A DNA stretch of 64,000 nucleotides. It comes from Saccostrea cucullata (lineage: Eukaryota). Position numbers and translations under genes: made by a program. Shown here piece by piece: positions 13,667 to 26,772 of this stretch. The notes under the pieces are model-generated. The model saw nothing but the letters and a program-made list of their open reading frames with translations, did no database searches and had not been told where the DNA came from. Numbering within the stretch: the stretch's first letter is position 1; every line of letters begins with the position of its first letter. The stretch spans positions 124,001 to 188,000 of the forward strand of contig NW_026930547.1 of the NCBI RefSeq assembly GCF_032062105.1, in the 5' to 3' direction.

Positions 13667-14065
13667 CAGCATGTAGGAAAATTTAATTATATATTTAAAA
13701 AAAACTTTCTGTTTCTTAAAAATGTCAACTGAGAATATGTACATGCAGGAAATTGAATTTTCCACTGCAATATACACACTTAATTTACATGTAATGCATA
13801 GACTTACAACTGATCACTGTCATAAAAAATTGGGGTAAGTCATGAATTACAAGTTGTCCCAAGAAAAAAATATTTCAAAACAAATATTCACATGTAAGAT
13901 CTGTAAAAGAAATTATTTTATGTATTTCAAATTCTAAAACTGCAAATATATTTAATAACGAAACAAAACTGAAAGTATCTTATATACTTTTCTTATTGTG
14001 AGTGATTTGTCAGTACATTTAAATTTTAAATACACATGGCATATCATAAAATTGAAACAAATTAA

Positions 14066-14470
14066 AGTACTCGGATCCTTAGCGGAAAATCAGGCATTGT
14101 CTAATTGAAATGTTAACAAAAATGTCTCTGAATTCTCAGAGTAACGTGTTTTAATTATATGTACTTCGATCATTTTACGATGCATTTTCCTATCATTGCA
14201 AAACACCATATGTTTCTTCTAATTTCATATCATTTTGATAAACATGGTAAGATAAAAATGAACCTCAATTTCTTATAATATGAAATTTTAAAATACTTTT
14301 AGGGGGTAAAAATTTTGACTTTTTATAAAACCATTCTGAGAACTTAAAAGAACCTTGGTATAAAATGAAAATTGTTGCATGAAAAGAATTTTTTCAAGCT
14401 TCATTTTGAGACTTTTTGAATTAAATTATAAATTAAGAAATTATCCTCTCTGGCTAAGGATCGCAGTACC
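14066..14470. mobile_element. TTAA-flanked MITE (Kolobok-like), 405 bp
   Basis: ttaa|agtactcggatccttagc ... gctaaggatcgcagtacc|ttaa (TIR 15/18). Confidence 0.7.
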
Positions 14471-15512
14471 TTAAACACTATTTTATATAATATTTTTATT
14501 TTACATTTTTTTGAAGTATTTTTGCACTGCCAATCGGTGTATAACACCTGACAATCTTTTGTACAAATGAATTATTATATAGTAATCGAGCACTCATTAA
14601 TATATTTTTTATTTTAAAAAAACTTCTTTGTATTAATTTTTGGGCAAAGAAGTATTGTATTCAAAGCATAGATTACAATAAAAAGTGTTCATGATGTAAA
14701 TTTTGAGATTTGGCTCAAATACAGTAAAGCAAAAAAAAAAATACCCTTTTCAATATTTGAAATCTTAATATTATATTTTCCAATATAAAATAATGTGAAA
14801 ACTTTCTGTGATCAAAAAATATCTGTGGTCAAAATTCTAACATTAGGGTTAATTTATTTTTTACACCTTGAGAATTTTCTACAGAATATTCTTCCGCCAA
14901 AGACATAGTCCCTCAAGAATCTTCTCTTTTTTTTGGGGGTCGATTTTTTTCTAGATTTTTTAAAAAGATTTTTAGATTTCTAATCGAATGTTGTACAATT
15001 TACATTGTTTTATTCAAATATGTTTTAAAATTTAACTTCAATTGATAAATTGATGCTAGAGGTTCTAACATTTCTTTCCCCCAAAACTGAAGAAGATGAT
15101 ACTACTTTAATGACCTTAAAAGACTTCATAAATAAAAGTAAACTCTTATAAACAAAGCCACATGGGGTTCAGTGTTTACCTGCGTTCAATTTTCATCTTC
15201 GGAAAAGTTAAAAAGATCGACAAAGTTCATGTCAAAGACTTATTAAAATATATCCTTAACACAATTATAAAGTAAACAATTTTGCAAAAAAAAGACTATG
15301 TTTGCAAACTTATTTGATGTTCCACATAGCCAGAAGGCAGTGATAATAGAGACATGAATCTCTACTGCATGCATACTAAGAGATAATTTTATATTAATTT
15401 ATCAGCATGAGGACAATATTGTTTTTTTGATTCCTGCATAAAAACTGGTCGATTGCTGCCCACCTGTATTCAGATATAAATTGCTGTAACAAATATTTTT
15501 CTAAATTCTAGA

Positions 15513-15952
15513 ATGTCAATTTGGGTAGCATCTAGCGGTTCAAACATACCAGAGGGAGCAATAAGAGCTGGATACGACTCAAATGGGAGGCCGTTTTTTA
15601 TTGCCCAGGCAAAAATGGAGGGCGTCATGACACCTGGGAAATGCGGATTTCACCTTCATAGGGAGCCCATATTCCATATGCCACGAAAGATAAAATCATA
15701 GATCTGTACGAGGTGTTGGTTTATCCCTTAAGAAGTTCAGGCTATTTGGAGTAGCAGAAGGCTTCTAACGGCAACGTGCCACCCAATGCCTTTAAGACGG
15801 ATAATGATATCTATGTTGGAAGAGTGCTGTATCAAGGAAATTTGATCCCAGGGAAAATTGCTACTGCTCCTCGTCATAAGTGTGCATACATCGGATATGG
15901 AGGGAATGAAATCAGTATCAAAGAATATGAGGTCCTGTGTCAGGTCAAATAA
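15513..15952 (+). pseudogene. DM9 lectin copy 3, full length but disrupted
   Basis: 2-nt insertion at about 15660-61 and Trp TGG>TAG at 15752-54; otherwise collinear with copy 1. The 3' flank 15955-16250 matches 570-860. Confidence 0.9.
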
Positions 15953-17354
15953 ATACCTGAACAGAATGTGAATTTTTTTATTAAGTGAGTGTGGCTAAAA
16001 TGAATATCAAGGAAGGCCATCTGATGTGCAAGGAAAACTTTATCTTTTCTATAACACTAACATATATCAATAGCTCGATCTGTATACTCTGTTCATTCTC
16101 TTTTTTATTTTCTAATCTTACAAAATAAAAAGATAAAGATCTTCTACTGTGTTTATAATTGTCTCTAAGAGTAACACATAGATCCCCACTAAGTCTGAGT
16201 CTCGATTCACAAAAATACCTTAAGACGAAGAACTAGGAGAAATGTGGTTAAATTTGTATCTTCAAATTTGAAAAATGACTGATAATAATGTTAAAAAAAA
16301 TCATGTCTCAAGAATGAAATAAATATAACATACTCAAATAAAAAAAAAATTTGTTTCAATTAATTACTTTTTTCAGTTGCCTCTGTCGTTTTGTAACACG
16401 GTGTAATAACCTGTGACGTCGTAGTTGAACGGTTCAGACGCGTTAACTAAGGAATTGCAAGAGTGGAAACAATGATTTTAACAGCCTATTACATTTAAGA
16501 CGTTTTATTTACTCTTTCTATCTTTTAGACGTACAGGGCTTATTTTCACAAACGACTGGTGTTTTTAACAAGTCAAGTGTGTAAGATAAGGATAGTGTTT
16601 CCAGTTCTGTTCATCCTTTTCCATAGTGCTTAGTGGTCTTCTGTCTTATCTATATTATTACTCTTCTCATTATACCTGCAACTGCTTTATTTCTTTCATT
16701 TTTCATAGCAATTCTTTTTACTGACCTTATTCTATATTAATTTAAAATTTGAATGTTTTTAAAAAGATCTATCCTACTGTAATATCATTTTGACAAAGGT
16801 TATTTATAAGCTAATACTTAGAAAGAAAATTTATTTTAAAGGCCAATTGAAAAATTTAAGGGTATTGAAAAAAGGTTAGTGCGAACGTAGTGAAAACCTA
16901 ATTGTTTATTGACGTAAAATTCAAGAAAATCCAATAAGACATCAGTGTTTCACCATGTATCATCGACTTATTTGTCAAAAATATATCTTGAATTCATCTT
17001 TCTAGAGCACAACTCAAAACAACAGGCTTGTCACAATATTTCGTCTTTATTGTTAGGTTCATTATATCGTATACCTGTAATACATACAAAAAAATTCACA
17101 GTTCACTTTTTTGGAGGAAATTCCTCAAAATCAAAGTCCATTAATTTTAGCTTTCGACATTTTAGTCAAAGAAAGTGTGGTCGAACTACCCTACATTATC
17201 TTGATACATTAACTTTAATAAATCCTTACAAACAAAGATATTTTACCGGGTACAGTAATGCTCTATGAACACATTATAAAAAAATAAAAACTGGTGTTAG
17301 GAAAGTTGACGGACAAGTAGACACAATTGTTCTAGAAAAGGTGTTTTTCTAAAA

Positions 17355-17890
17355 GAAGGATATGGAGATAACGAACAGTATTCGATATCATAGTCCATAA
17401 AACAATACAAAACAGGAGCAGAGCAAACACGGACTTCCGAAACATCAGAGGTGGGATCAGGTGCCATGGAGGAGTGAGCTCATTGTCATGATCGTGAAAT
17501 AACGGAAAAATTCGAAGATTCGGTGTATAAATAATGGACTAACAATTGGTATGAAAAACGTCAGTCAGCATTTGACTCAACGATAAATTGTATTTGCTGA
17601 CAAGGTCATTGTATCGACCATAGAACTTACACGAAATGATGATTTTAAGCGAGACTGCTGAAATTCTTCTTTCATAAACTTGCTTGTCAATCATTTACCA
17701 TGTTTTAGAAATTGTTCATACGTAGGGCATGCTCTTGCGTATGGAATCAACTGCGATATATTCACTCCGTATGCAGGTGATGAAGGTATATTGCTGCATA
17801 AGTAAGGGAAGTTGACGATAGAAAAGTTTAAGTCGTCACGTTTATCATATTTGATTGTTCGGTTACCATTAACGTCTTTTTCAAGTAAAA
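17355..17890 (-). mobile_element. Penelope-like element 3' end
   Basis: YDKRDDLNFSIVNFPYLCSNIPSSPAYGV..SQLI.YARAC plus the conserved 3' tail. Confidence 0.85.
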
Positions 17891-19040
17891 AGAATTTCAT
17901 GGAATACACAACAGCATTTTTTAGCTCAAAAGTTCATTCAAACGATACAAATTAGGTGCAAAGTACGTACAGATCTTCAGGCTTTATGGTAGATTTGATC
18001 ACTTACCGACCGGTATTTACATCTGATAAACGTTTTAAACGATACCTTAATTCAAAATATTACCACTGTGCCTGATTTTTTTTTTTACATAGAACTGGGT
18101 CTAATAGTTTTAAACCAATAAAATTATTTTAATCGTTCAAACCTTAACGGTTTAAATTAAATTTGTTGAATGTGTCGATCACTTATGACGTCACTTACAA
18201 ATTGGGTAGATCGTTTATGACTGAACAATCATTTCATTATCACATGAGGAACTGTTTTTACACAGGGGTAAAAACGCCTTTTTCCAAGCGTTAATAAAGG
18301 GAGGCATTCTAAAATGTAAAAGTACGCTTATGATATTCTGTAAAACAATCGCTGTGACATACTTGAACACAATATATTTTTGCATAGATAATAGGGTTAG
18401 AATTACTAAACAGTAATAGTTCTATAAAAATTCAAGAATCTTAGTGTTCCAACTTGTTAACAGAGCATCGGATATGTACATCTAAATGTCTTTAAATACA
18501 AAATACATTAATGCAACATAATATCACGTTAATTAAACTAAAAGTATGTTTATACCTGCACTTATTTAAATATTAATGGAGTCCATGAAAATATCCTTAT
18601 TTTTTCTATTTTCCCGTAAAATTCTGGGATGATATTGAATTTAAGAATTTTTAGCAGAGATTCTGACCGTACTACGATGAATCATCCTCGGCTGCAAAAG
18701 TTTGAATTCTATATTCTATCTACGTAAAACAATCTTTGCTACATGAACCAATTTTTTTGTATATAGTTTATTACTTCACTGTCGTCAAAAGGATATTATT
18801 TCTTCCTCGTCTTTTATCTCCTTCCACAGATTTTTTGTCTCCCAAAAGCAGTTTGCGCTTCTTGTTGATATCATCACAGAAATTGTCGGTGTGACTCTGG
18901 TTTTCTCCATCAAAAGGTTCTGAGAATTCCGGAGTGTAGCAGTGAAAATAAATGAGCAAGTAAAATGAATTTAATGGTCTGTCTTCTTGTTATTAAAAAT
19001 ATAGTTTAAATATATAATAATATTTTATTAGCATTTCAGA

Positions 19041-19475
19041 ATGGTACGATGGGTAAAAACGACGGGGTCCAATATACCCGAGTGGGCAATAGAAGGTGGA
19101 TATGAGGCGAATGGGAGACCACTTTTTATTGCCCGAGCACAAATTGAAGGCGTCATGATACCTGGAAAATGTGGAAACCACCTTCCTGGAGCTCATATTC
19201 CATACAGGTCTGAAGAACGAATTGTTAAAGAGTATGACGTGTTGATTACTTCAAAAACTCCTGGATATTTTGATTGGCAAAGCGGTTCATTCGGCAATGT
19301 CCCATCACATGCTTTCAGAATAGATGATGGGATATATGTGGGTAGAGCGTTCTACCAAGGAGGTTTGGTGCCAGGGAAAGTTGATTCTTCTAGGAGGAGT
19401 GCATACATAAGCTATGGAGGGGAAGAAATCAGGATTCAGAATTACGATGTCTTCTGTGAGATTAAATTAGGATGA
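19041..19475 (+). CDS. DM9 lectin copy 4, intact, 144 aa
   Basis: Two DM9 repeats; tttcAG|a precedes the ATG. Confidence 0.92.
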   Translation: MVRWVKTTGSNIPEWAIEGGYEANGRPLFIARAQIEGVMIPGKCGNHLPGAHIPYRSEERIVKEYDVLITSKTPGYFDWQSGSFGNVPSHAFRIDDGIYVGRAFYQGGLVPGKVDSSRRSAYISYGGEEIRIQNYDVFCEIKLG

Positions 19476-20349
19476 AATAAAACGATTTTGAAAGATTAAA
19501 AATTATAATATTAGGAAGTAACGAAATAGCTCATAAGATTTCACCATAGTGCTTCAATACTATGTATACTTTGTATTTTGAACAATGCTAACAAGAGTAT
19601 TAACTTCTTTACATTTTTATTTTATTTTGATCTATTTATTTATTGCATTTTCTATTAAAGCTCAGAAATCATAATAGGATGAAAGCCGAACTGTTCAATT
19701 TGTTTTTTAGCTTCATTCCTCGATGAACAAATTAATTTATAATCATTTATTCCTATAATTTCATTTTGTTTTTTAAAAATATGCTTATAATGTATTCCTC
19801 GTCGTCATTATTTCATGTATGTTATGCCTATTCGGATCAAGTAAATGCTTTGAATAATTTTCCTGTAAGTTGTGAAAAGTTTTTGTCCTTTCCTTTCTTA
19901 CAGCTTTTATTACTTAATTATACAACATGATCATTTATTTCAATCAATCAATTTTGATTCTTTCCTTGTAATCATAGTTTTATAGTTTTAATTGGAATTA
20001 CTGATTAAAATATGATTAAGTTAAATTGTGCAAAATTATCAGCGTTATTTGTTATAAGCTTGTAAAAATATGATTAAATAATAAAATTCTCATCAAAACC
20101 ATGTGATAAAAATGTTTCATAATGAAATTTTCTTGTTTAATACTAGCCTGAATAAATATGTTAATATACTCGTTTATTTCCACATCTTATTCTCTTTTTG
20201 TATGTCTTTGTAATGTTCCAATATTTTCTTTTATGAAATATTTTGCACATTCACATTTAATTCACTCCTACAGTCCTACAAGAATGTTATGTTAATTCTC
20301 AATCTGTGTTTGTTTCCAAATGTTATGTTTTGTTTAATATTAGAAAAAG

Positions 20350-20815
20350 GGGAATTATCTCTCATTGACCTTGTCTGTTAATCTAGTTGACGTTCTTTAA
20401 GTCTAACCGTACTGCCTGGAGTTCTTCACATATCGTTTCATTTCCTTTCGGTGATGATGTCGACTTTTTGTCTTTAGCTTTCACTCTCCGTTCTATTTCT
20501 TTGACAACCTTTTGTTGTTCGTCGTACTGCAGTGAGATTTGACTCATGCACTTCTCAATGTCTTCAACTTTTACTTTCATAGTTTTCAATTCTTTCAGTT
20601 CCTGGTTTACATTGCTTACATTACGTTCAAGGTCATTTAACCTTTTATCTATTTGATCCAGGGTATTGTATTTAGCTTTGGTGACACATATTTAAGCTTG
20701 TTACATATCACTGGTAGAGTTTCGCGCATATCAATACTTTGAGGGACAGTGTTCGATTGGTTTGGTATTGGTGACAAATAGCCTGCAAATTGTCCATGTG
20801 AACTTTGTGGCATAT
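20350..20815 (-). mobile_element. LINE ORF1-like coiled-coil fragment
   Basis: Heptad-rich LDQIDKRLNDLERNVSNVNQELKELKTMKVKVEDIE... ending in a frameshifted LD.QTRSMRDN motif typical of L1/CR1-type ORF1p. Confidence 0.6.
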
Positions 20816-21457
20816 TGCATGGTTTATTGATCAGAATTAATATCTAACCGGATGTTTTAAAATGTTCAAGTGTTCTTCCATAATGCAAATCCTTGTACGC
20901 AATTTAGCAATATTTCAACAGCTGTATCTACAGTGCTTAGAATTTTATATAACAGATCTTACTTGTCTTATCCCCCTCTTGATAAAACATTGTGCTCGAA
21001 ATTTTATATAACAATCTTACTTTTCGCTCTCTTGTTAAATTATGTGTTAGCAAGTCACCTTCATATGTATAAATGTATTCCTGAATTATTGTATCTTTTC
21101 TTAGTAGTTTCGGTTTTGTTTTTATTTTGTAAACCGGGAAGCAGGAAAACAAAAAAGCCCATACTGTATTCACATCAGAGCGATCATCTTAGTTAATAGA
21201 CATTTAAACAAACACCTTATAGTTCATTGCTAACTGACAGGTAATTGATTTTTGTTTGATTCTTATTGATTTTGCCAGACGCAATAGGTACTAGAGCTCT
21301 ATTTTGTACTTTCGGTTTGTGAATATAAACATGCTGTTTACAGGGGTTGTGAACATGTGCCACACAGTATTACGAGTAGTTGTTTTGACACTTTATTCTT
21401 TTACTTTTAGAAATCCTTACAGTGTTGCATAATATCCATGTAGGTTTGTAGATATAG

Positions 21458-21591
21458 GACCTCACATGATTTGTTGTTGGATAGTATTTTTATCCAACGA
21501 GTTGTGTGGATTTTATCCCCCAGCCTTGGCGAGGGGATAAAAACACACGAGTTGGATTAAAATCATATCCAACTACAAATCATGTGAGATT
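21458..21591. repeat. Long imperfect palindrome (Crypton-like non-autonomous element end)
   Basis: ctcacatgatttgttgttggata...atccaacgagttgtgt / acacgagttggat...tatccaactacaaatcatgtgag. Confidence 0.65.
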
Positions 21592-21877
21592 CTTTTTATC
21601 CCATGTTTTTTACACCACGAACAATGTTTGACACTGTTTTAATATAGGACTCAATTTCACATTACATCATCACTCTAACGCAAAATACATTGTGGCGTCA
21701 CTGTGTGATATGAAAACGATATCACATGAGCTATATCAACGGGATAAAGGGTTAAACATGGGATAAAATTGTTTATCTCGATAAGTATGTTTTATGCATG
21801 TTGTTGTTTACCTATAGCTGTATCATTCTACATGTTTGACCTAGTTTTGGGTACCTTTATCTTCGAGGTGTATATAG

Positions 21878-22035
21878 AGGATATTCAATGTTTTGTAGTT
21901 GAATATGGAATTTATTTCACGAGTGGGACAGGATTTTTGATATTTTCACGAGTGCTAAGCATATCAAAATATCAAAAAATCCTGTCTCACGAGTGAAATA
22001 AATTCCATATTCAACTACAAAACATTGAATTTTCT
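21878..22035. repeat. Near-perfect palindrome of about 155 bp (Crypton-like non-autonomous element)
   Basis: attcaatgttttgtagttgaatatggaatttatttcac...gtgaaataaattccatattcaactacaaaacattgaat. Confidence 0.75.
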
Positions 22036-22522
22036 GTTTATTACATTTTTAAAAAAAATTCTGCCCTTGCCTCTGTCTTTGTATAATACAGTAATAGGCT
22101 CGTGACGTCATAGTTGAGCGGTTGAGACGTCATAGCTATGTGAGGTGAAAACGATTTAGCAACATATTTTTGGTAATTTTGACAGTTTTATTCGCTCTCA
22201 GAATGGTTTATTTATTTCCGTCTATCTTATATTATGTCAAGGAAGTTTTTTTTTACAGCAATCTTCGTTATGGGAAGGGAATTCGAGAGTTTTCCCGCAC
22301 TTCTGATATTTGTCACACCGTGACAGGATATCATTTTGATATCCTTTCACACTGTGACAGGATATCATTTTTATTCAATGAATAAATTACAGTATCTCAC
22401 GGGTAAAAATGTAATAAATAAATGCACCATTGTTCACAATTTACATTAACAATAGAATATTTTGTACACATGCACGGCAGTAATGCACATCAGTATTGAA
22501 GTAGAAGATAAATCTATCATTC

Positions 22523-22914
22523 GGTGCAATAGTACCAAACGATGCAATAAGAGCTGGAAAACCACTTTTTATTGCAAGGGCTAGAATGGACGGCACCATG
22601 ACACCTGGGAAATGCGGGTTTCATCTTAATGGAGCCCATATTCCATATGATACGAAAGAGGAAGTCGTTCAATCTTACGAAGTTTTATTTTGCCTTCAAA
22701 AAGTAATGGTTTTTTAGATTGGCAGAGATGTTCTAACGGCTACGTGCCACCGAATGCCATTAAGACGGACGAAGGAATCTATGTTGGTAGAGCGTACCAT
22801 AAAGGGAGCTTAGTGCCAGGGAAAATCCTCGTTTCTCACAGCACTTCCTATGTCTGTTACGAGTGGGACGAGCACAGAATTAAAAATTACGAGGTGCTCA
22901 CGGAGGTCAAATGA
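22523..22914 (+). pseudogene. DM9 lectin copy 5, pseudogene and duplicate of copy 7
   Basis: Start codon and acceptor are lost. A 15-nt GGA-to-GGA deletion removes YEADG at about 22558, and there is a 1-nt frameshift at about 22688. The 3' half and flank match 38820-39815. Confidence 0.9.
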
Positions 22915-23674
22915 AACCTGTACGACGATTGGAGCAATTTATGAAACGAACTATACTGAAATGAATATCCAGCTTATCTGACTTATTTTTGTACCTTATA
23001 ATAATATCTATTTATATATCTGTATTCAATTTTTTCTTCTCTCAAAATAAAAGCAATAAAGATTTTATTCAGCTTGCATATTTTTTTTCTCTTTTCTTCT
23101 TTTTTGCCAAGTGTACATTCTTCGTACATGCACATTTATGGTACAGCAAGCAACACGTAATTTTTTTAAAAAAATCAATTAATTGAAGCAGACTGCTACA
23201 GTTCAGATTAAATAAATTCCTCACTGCTAGCGTTTTCATTCATGTCTGATTTTTAGACAGCAGAGAGAAATCGCAAAGGATTACAGACTGAAAGCGCTAA
23301 CAGTAAAGATTGAAATAAATTTGTTTTGTAGCATCGTATAAACAACATAAAGGCTACTTGAAATCTTAGTCCAAAGGCCGTAAATAAAAGCAGCGTGACA
23401 AAATTTGAAGCAAATACTTAACAATCTTTCAAACACGGTCGTTACAGGGACTTAAGTATGTGTCAACTTATCACTCATAAGATGAGAAAAAATGACTTTA
23501 ATTTAGTGAAATGAAGAATTTCAAACGTAAAAAAGGATGGGGAAGATATAACTCCAGTACCTAAAGCTACCGCAAGATGTTGACCAAAGTAATTTTTTTC
23601 CTGTTAAATTTTTGTCATCAACTGTCAATAGTTTCTAGAAGATCCTATTTATTACTGGAATTGTTCCGTCAGTG

Positions 23675-25712
23675 GAAAAACATGCGCAGGATTTCTTTTG
23701 GTTTATTATATGAAAATTGATTATTTATATATTTTTTTAAAAAACACGATTAATATTCTTAGAAATGTCGTACAGTGATCATTCATTGAATGAAAAATAT
23801 GGAGATAACGAACAGTATTCAATCTCAAAGTCCATAAAACAATACAAAATAAGAGCAGAGCAAACACGGACCCCCGAAACATCAGAGGTGGGATCAGGTG
23901 CCATGGAGGGGTGAGCATCCCCTGCCGACCGGTCACACTCGCCGTGTGCCCCTTGTCATGATCAGGAAATAACGGAAAAAATCCGTCGTCAATTCAGTGT
24001 ATAAATAATGGACTAACAATTGGTATGAGAAACGTCAGTCAGCATTTGACTCAATGATAAACTGTATTTTATGACAAGGTCATTGTATCGACCATAGAAC
24101 TTACGAAATGATGACTTTAAATGAAACTGCTGATATTCTTGTTTAGTCAACTTGCTTGTCAATAATTTACATCGTTTTAAAAATTGTTCATACGTAGAGC
24201 ATGCTCTTGCGTATCGAATCAACTGAGATATAAATACTCCGTATGCAGGTGATGAAGGTATATTGCTGCATAAGTAAGGGAAGTTGACGATAGAAAAGTT
24301 AAAGTCATCACGTTTATCATAAAGCTTGGTTGTTAGATTACCATTAGTGTCTTTTTCAAGTAAAATATCCAAGTATGAAACAGAAGTGTCGGACTCTTCA
24401 CACCACTTCTTGAATATATAGTTGCACAGTGCTCTTGAAGTTTTTCCTTCACTTCTGTCAATATCTTAGAGGGGAGTAACGAAAGAGGCTTGGTTAAACA
24501 TTTACTGGAACCTGCAATGTATCTTTGTTTGTGAGGATTCTTATGAAGTTTTGGAATCCAATATATATAAGGTAGTTCACCATATTTCAAGTTAAAGCCT
24601 ACACCTTGTATTTCCTACAAATATACATCGACCATTGTTTCCAAACTTTTCAATTACAAAAACACTTAACATGGCCTGGATACCGACTATCTGAAACATA
24701 ATCCTCCTTCGTGTTCATGTTCTTCTTCGCCCTATAACTATAGTCCTGCTGGACACGTTATTACAGGTGACGTAAATATAGTTCGTAATGAGGACCTTAG
24801 ATCACTTATTTTAAGAGGTCCTAAATATAGGGAACCCCGATCCTTCAACTGGCGTCGGAATTTCATAAATATTATGGATTCTGTGGAAAAATTACGCCAG
24901 ACAATGGGCAAGATATGAAAAAGAAGACGTTGACACCTTGTCAGAATGGATTAAATGTATCAGATTCATGTTAAAGTCCCGTATTAAAAGATTGAGGGGC
25001 AATATGAAAACCATATATCCTTCTGTGTTCAATAAACCAGAAGTGAAAAAGGAGTTAGATAGATTTCACGATCAGTACGTACTGGTTCCTGCCGACAAAG
25101 CAGGTAATAACATTGTCTTCGTTTGTAAGGCTCATTATATGACTTGCATTCTAGAAGAACTTGGTTTTAATTCTGCAAGTGGTAATCCTACTTATATATT
25201 ATAAGGAAGAAATTCTTCAAAAATACCTGTCAATTTTGAATACTTTTAATATTCCACAGAGCCAAAATGAATTTGAAATACAACACTGGACCCTTTTGTG
25301 ATTAAGAATATTACTTATATTCCTTTATTGGCATATTGAAGTTTAAGGAAAAAACGGATTGTTTTAGCTGCATTTTCTTCCGTGAAGCGTGCGGGTTTAA
25401 AGAGCCTATGACATGCAATATCCATAATCACAGATCCGAGTCTATATTCAGGTGACGAGGAATCTAAAATTGGATGTTCCTTGGCCTTTTCAAGAAGACT
25501 ATTCAAAAGTTTCAAAGAGACAGAGTAAATTTTTGTTCGAATATGATGTAGATCTAGCTGTTGATTTACATAAGGTAGTAATGAATCAAAAGAGACGTCG
25601 TGTATTGCAGGTTTATTGTACGAACGATGCCCATGACTACGCTTACGTCTCTGAGTATGGTTAAAAAGTCACATCACATTTACATTATTACACTGCGGAC
25701 TGGAAAGATTAG
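23675..25712. mobile_element. Rearranged Penelope-like insertion (-/+/- segments)
   Basis: Absent at the paralogous site 39815. 23790-24590 (-) carries YWIPKLHKNP, the thumb and the 3' tail. 24700-25285 (+) carries GPKYREP and LVPADKAGNNIVFVCK. 25290-25700 (-) carries FLKLQYANKGI. Confidence 0.85.
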
Positions 25713-26772
25713 TAGGTTTTTTTTAAATATAGGGTATTAAATGATATATAATATTTTAATATCGAGTGAAATCCTAGTTGAAGAAAACGTTTCTACCAAG
25801 TGCTTAAAGTTCAAATGTTGTAAATACAAGAAATAGATAGATGGCATACACGTATTAGGTTAATTTTTTAAAATGTCTGCTATACTGTTTGATAACTAAG
25901 TTGTGTAATAAATTGAAACTTTTATTATAGAAAATTGAAAAACTAATAGTGATTACTTTAAATTTGAAATTTCTATTTTCTCCAGTGTGATTCTTACTAC
26001 AGTTGTGCAGTTACCTATTGTATATTTTTCTTTTAGGTTAATTTTGACTAACTCGGAACAATGAAGAAGCAAAAATAAAATAGCCTTTTCCTTTGATCTT
26101 CATGAAATATAAAATTAACGAGCAAAAAAAAAAAAAACATTTAGGAGGAATTCATATTCGTGTAAATTTTGCTTACAAGGATACAAATTTCAATTTATTA
26201 CTCTGAACACATTAGTAAGGTTAGAAAAATAACTCAATTTAAGATTTGTTATAATTTGGCACAAAGAAAAAGCAAAGAAAGCAGCATATTTAAGATTTGT
26301 TTCAAGTGAATGTATCTTTATCTTCATGCAAAGTCAAATTCCACATGTTTGTACACATGTATTAAAATCAAAATGTTACTAAAATATTTACGACAAAATA
26401 TTACCAATATTTCAACTACTATCTTTAATTCAATACATCATAATTTCAGACAAATGAAGCCTGTTTAACTATAATTCATAAAAAGTTTATATTTTGAAAC
26501 AAATAGATTAATGTTCCGTTTTATTTATGAAAAATAATATAAAGATAATGAAGTTATAATATGGAAAATTGGTTTTGATAACTCAAATGAGTAAAATATA
26601 ATGCAATTTTAGTTTTAAAATACTTTATCAAGGAATAATTTTATGTTTAAAATATTTGAATTTATTAAAATAATATCATATAGTTCATATTACAATTTAT
26701 TCTATTTGATGTCAATCCATCGTTGATCAAGAAAAGATATAAATGAGATGGGTTAATTAAAAAAAATCTTAA

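Noticed and set aside
23721-23936. Repeated small ORF MTGRQGMLTPPWHLIPPL as a gene family
   Set aside because: It is a translation of the Penelope 3' tail, and the frame is not conserved among copies.
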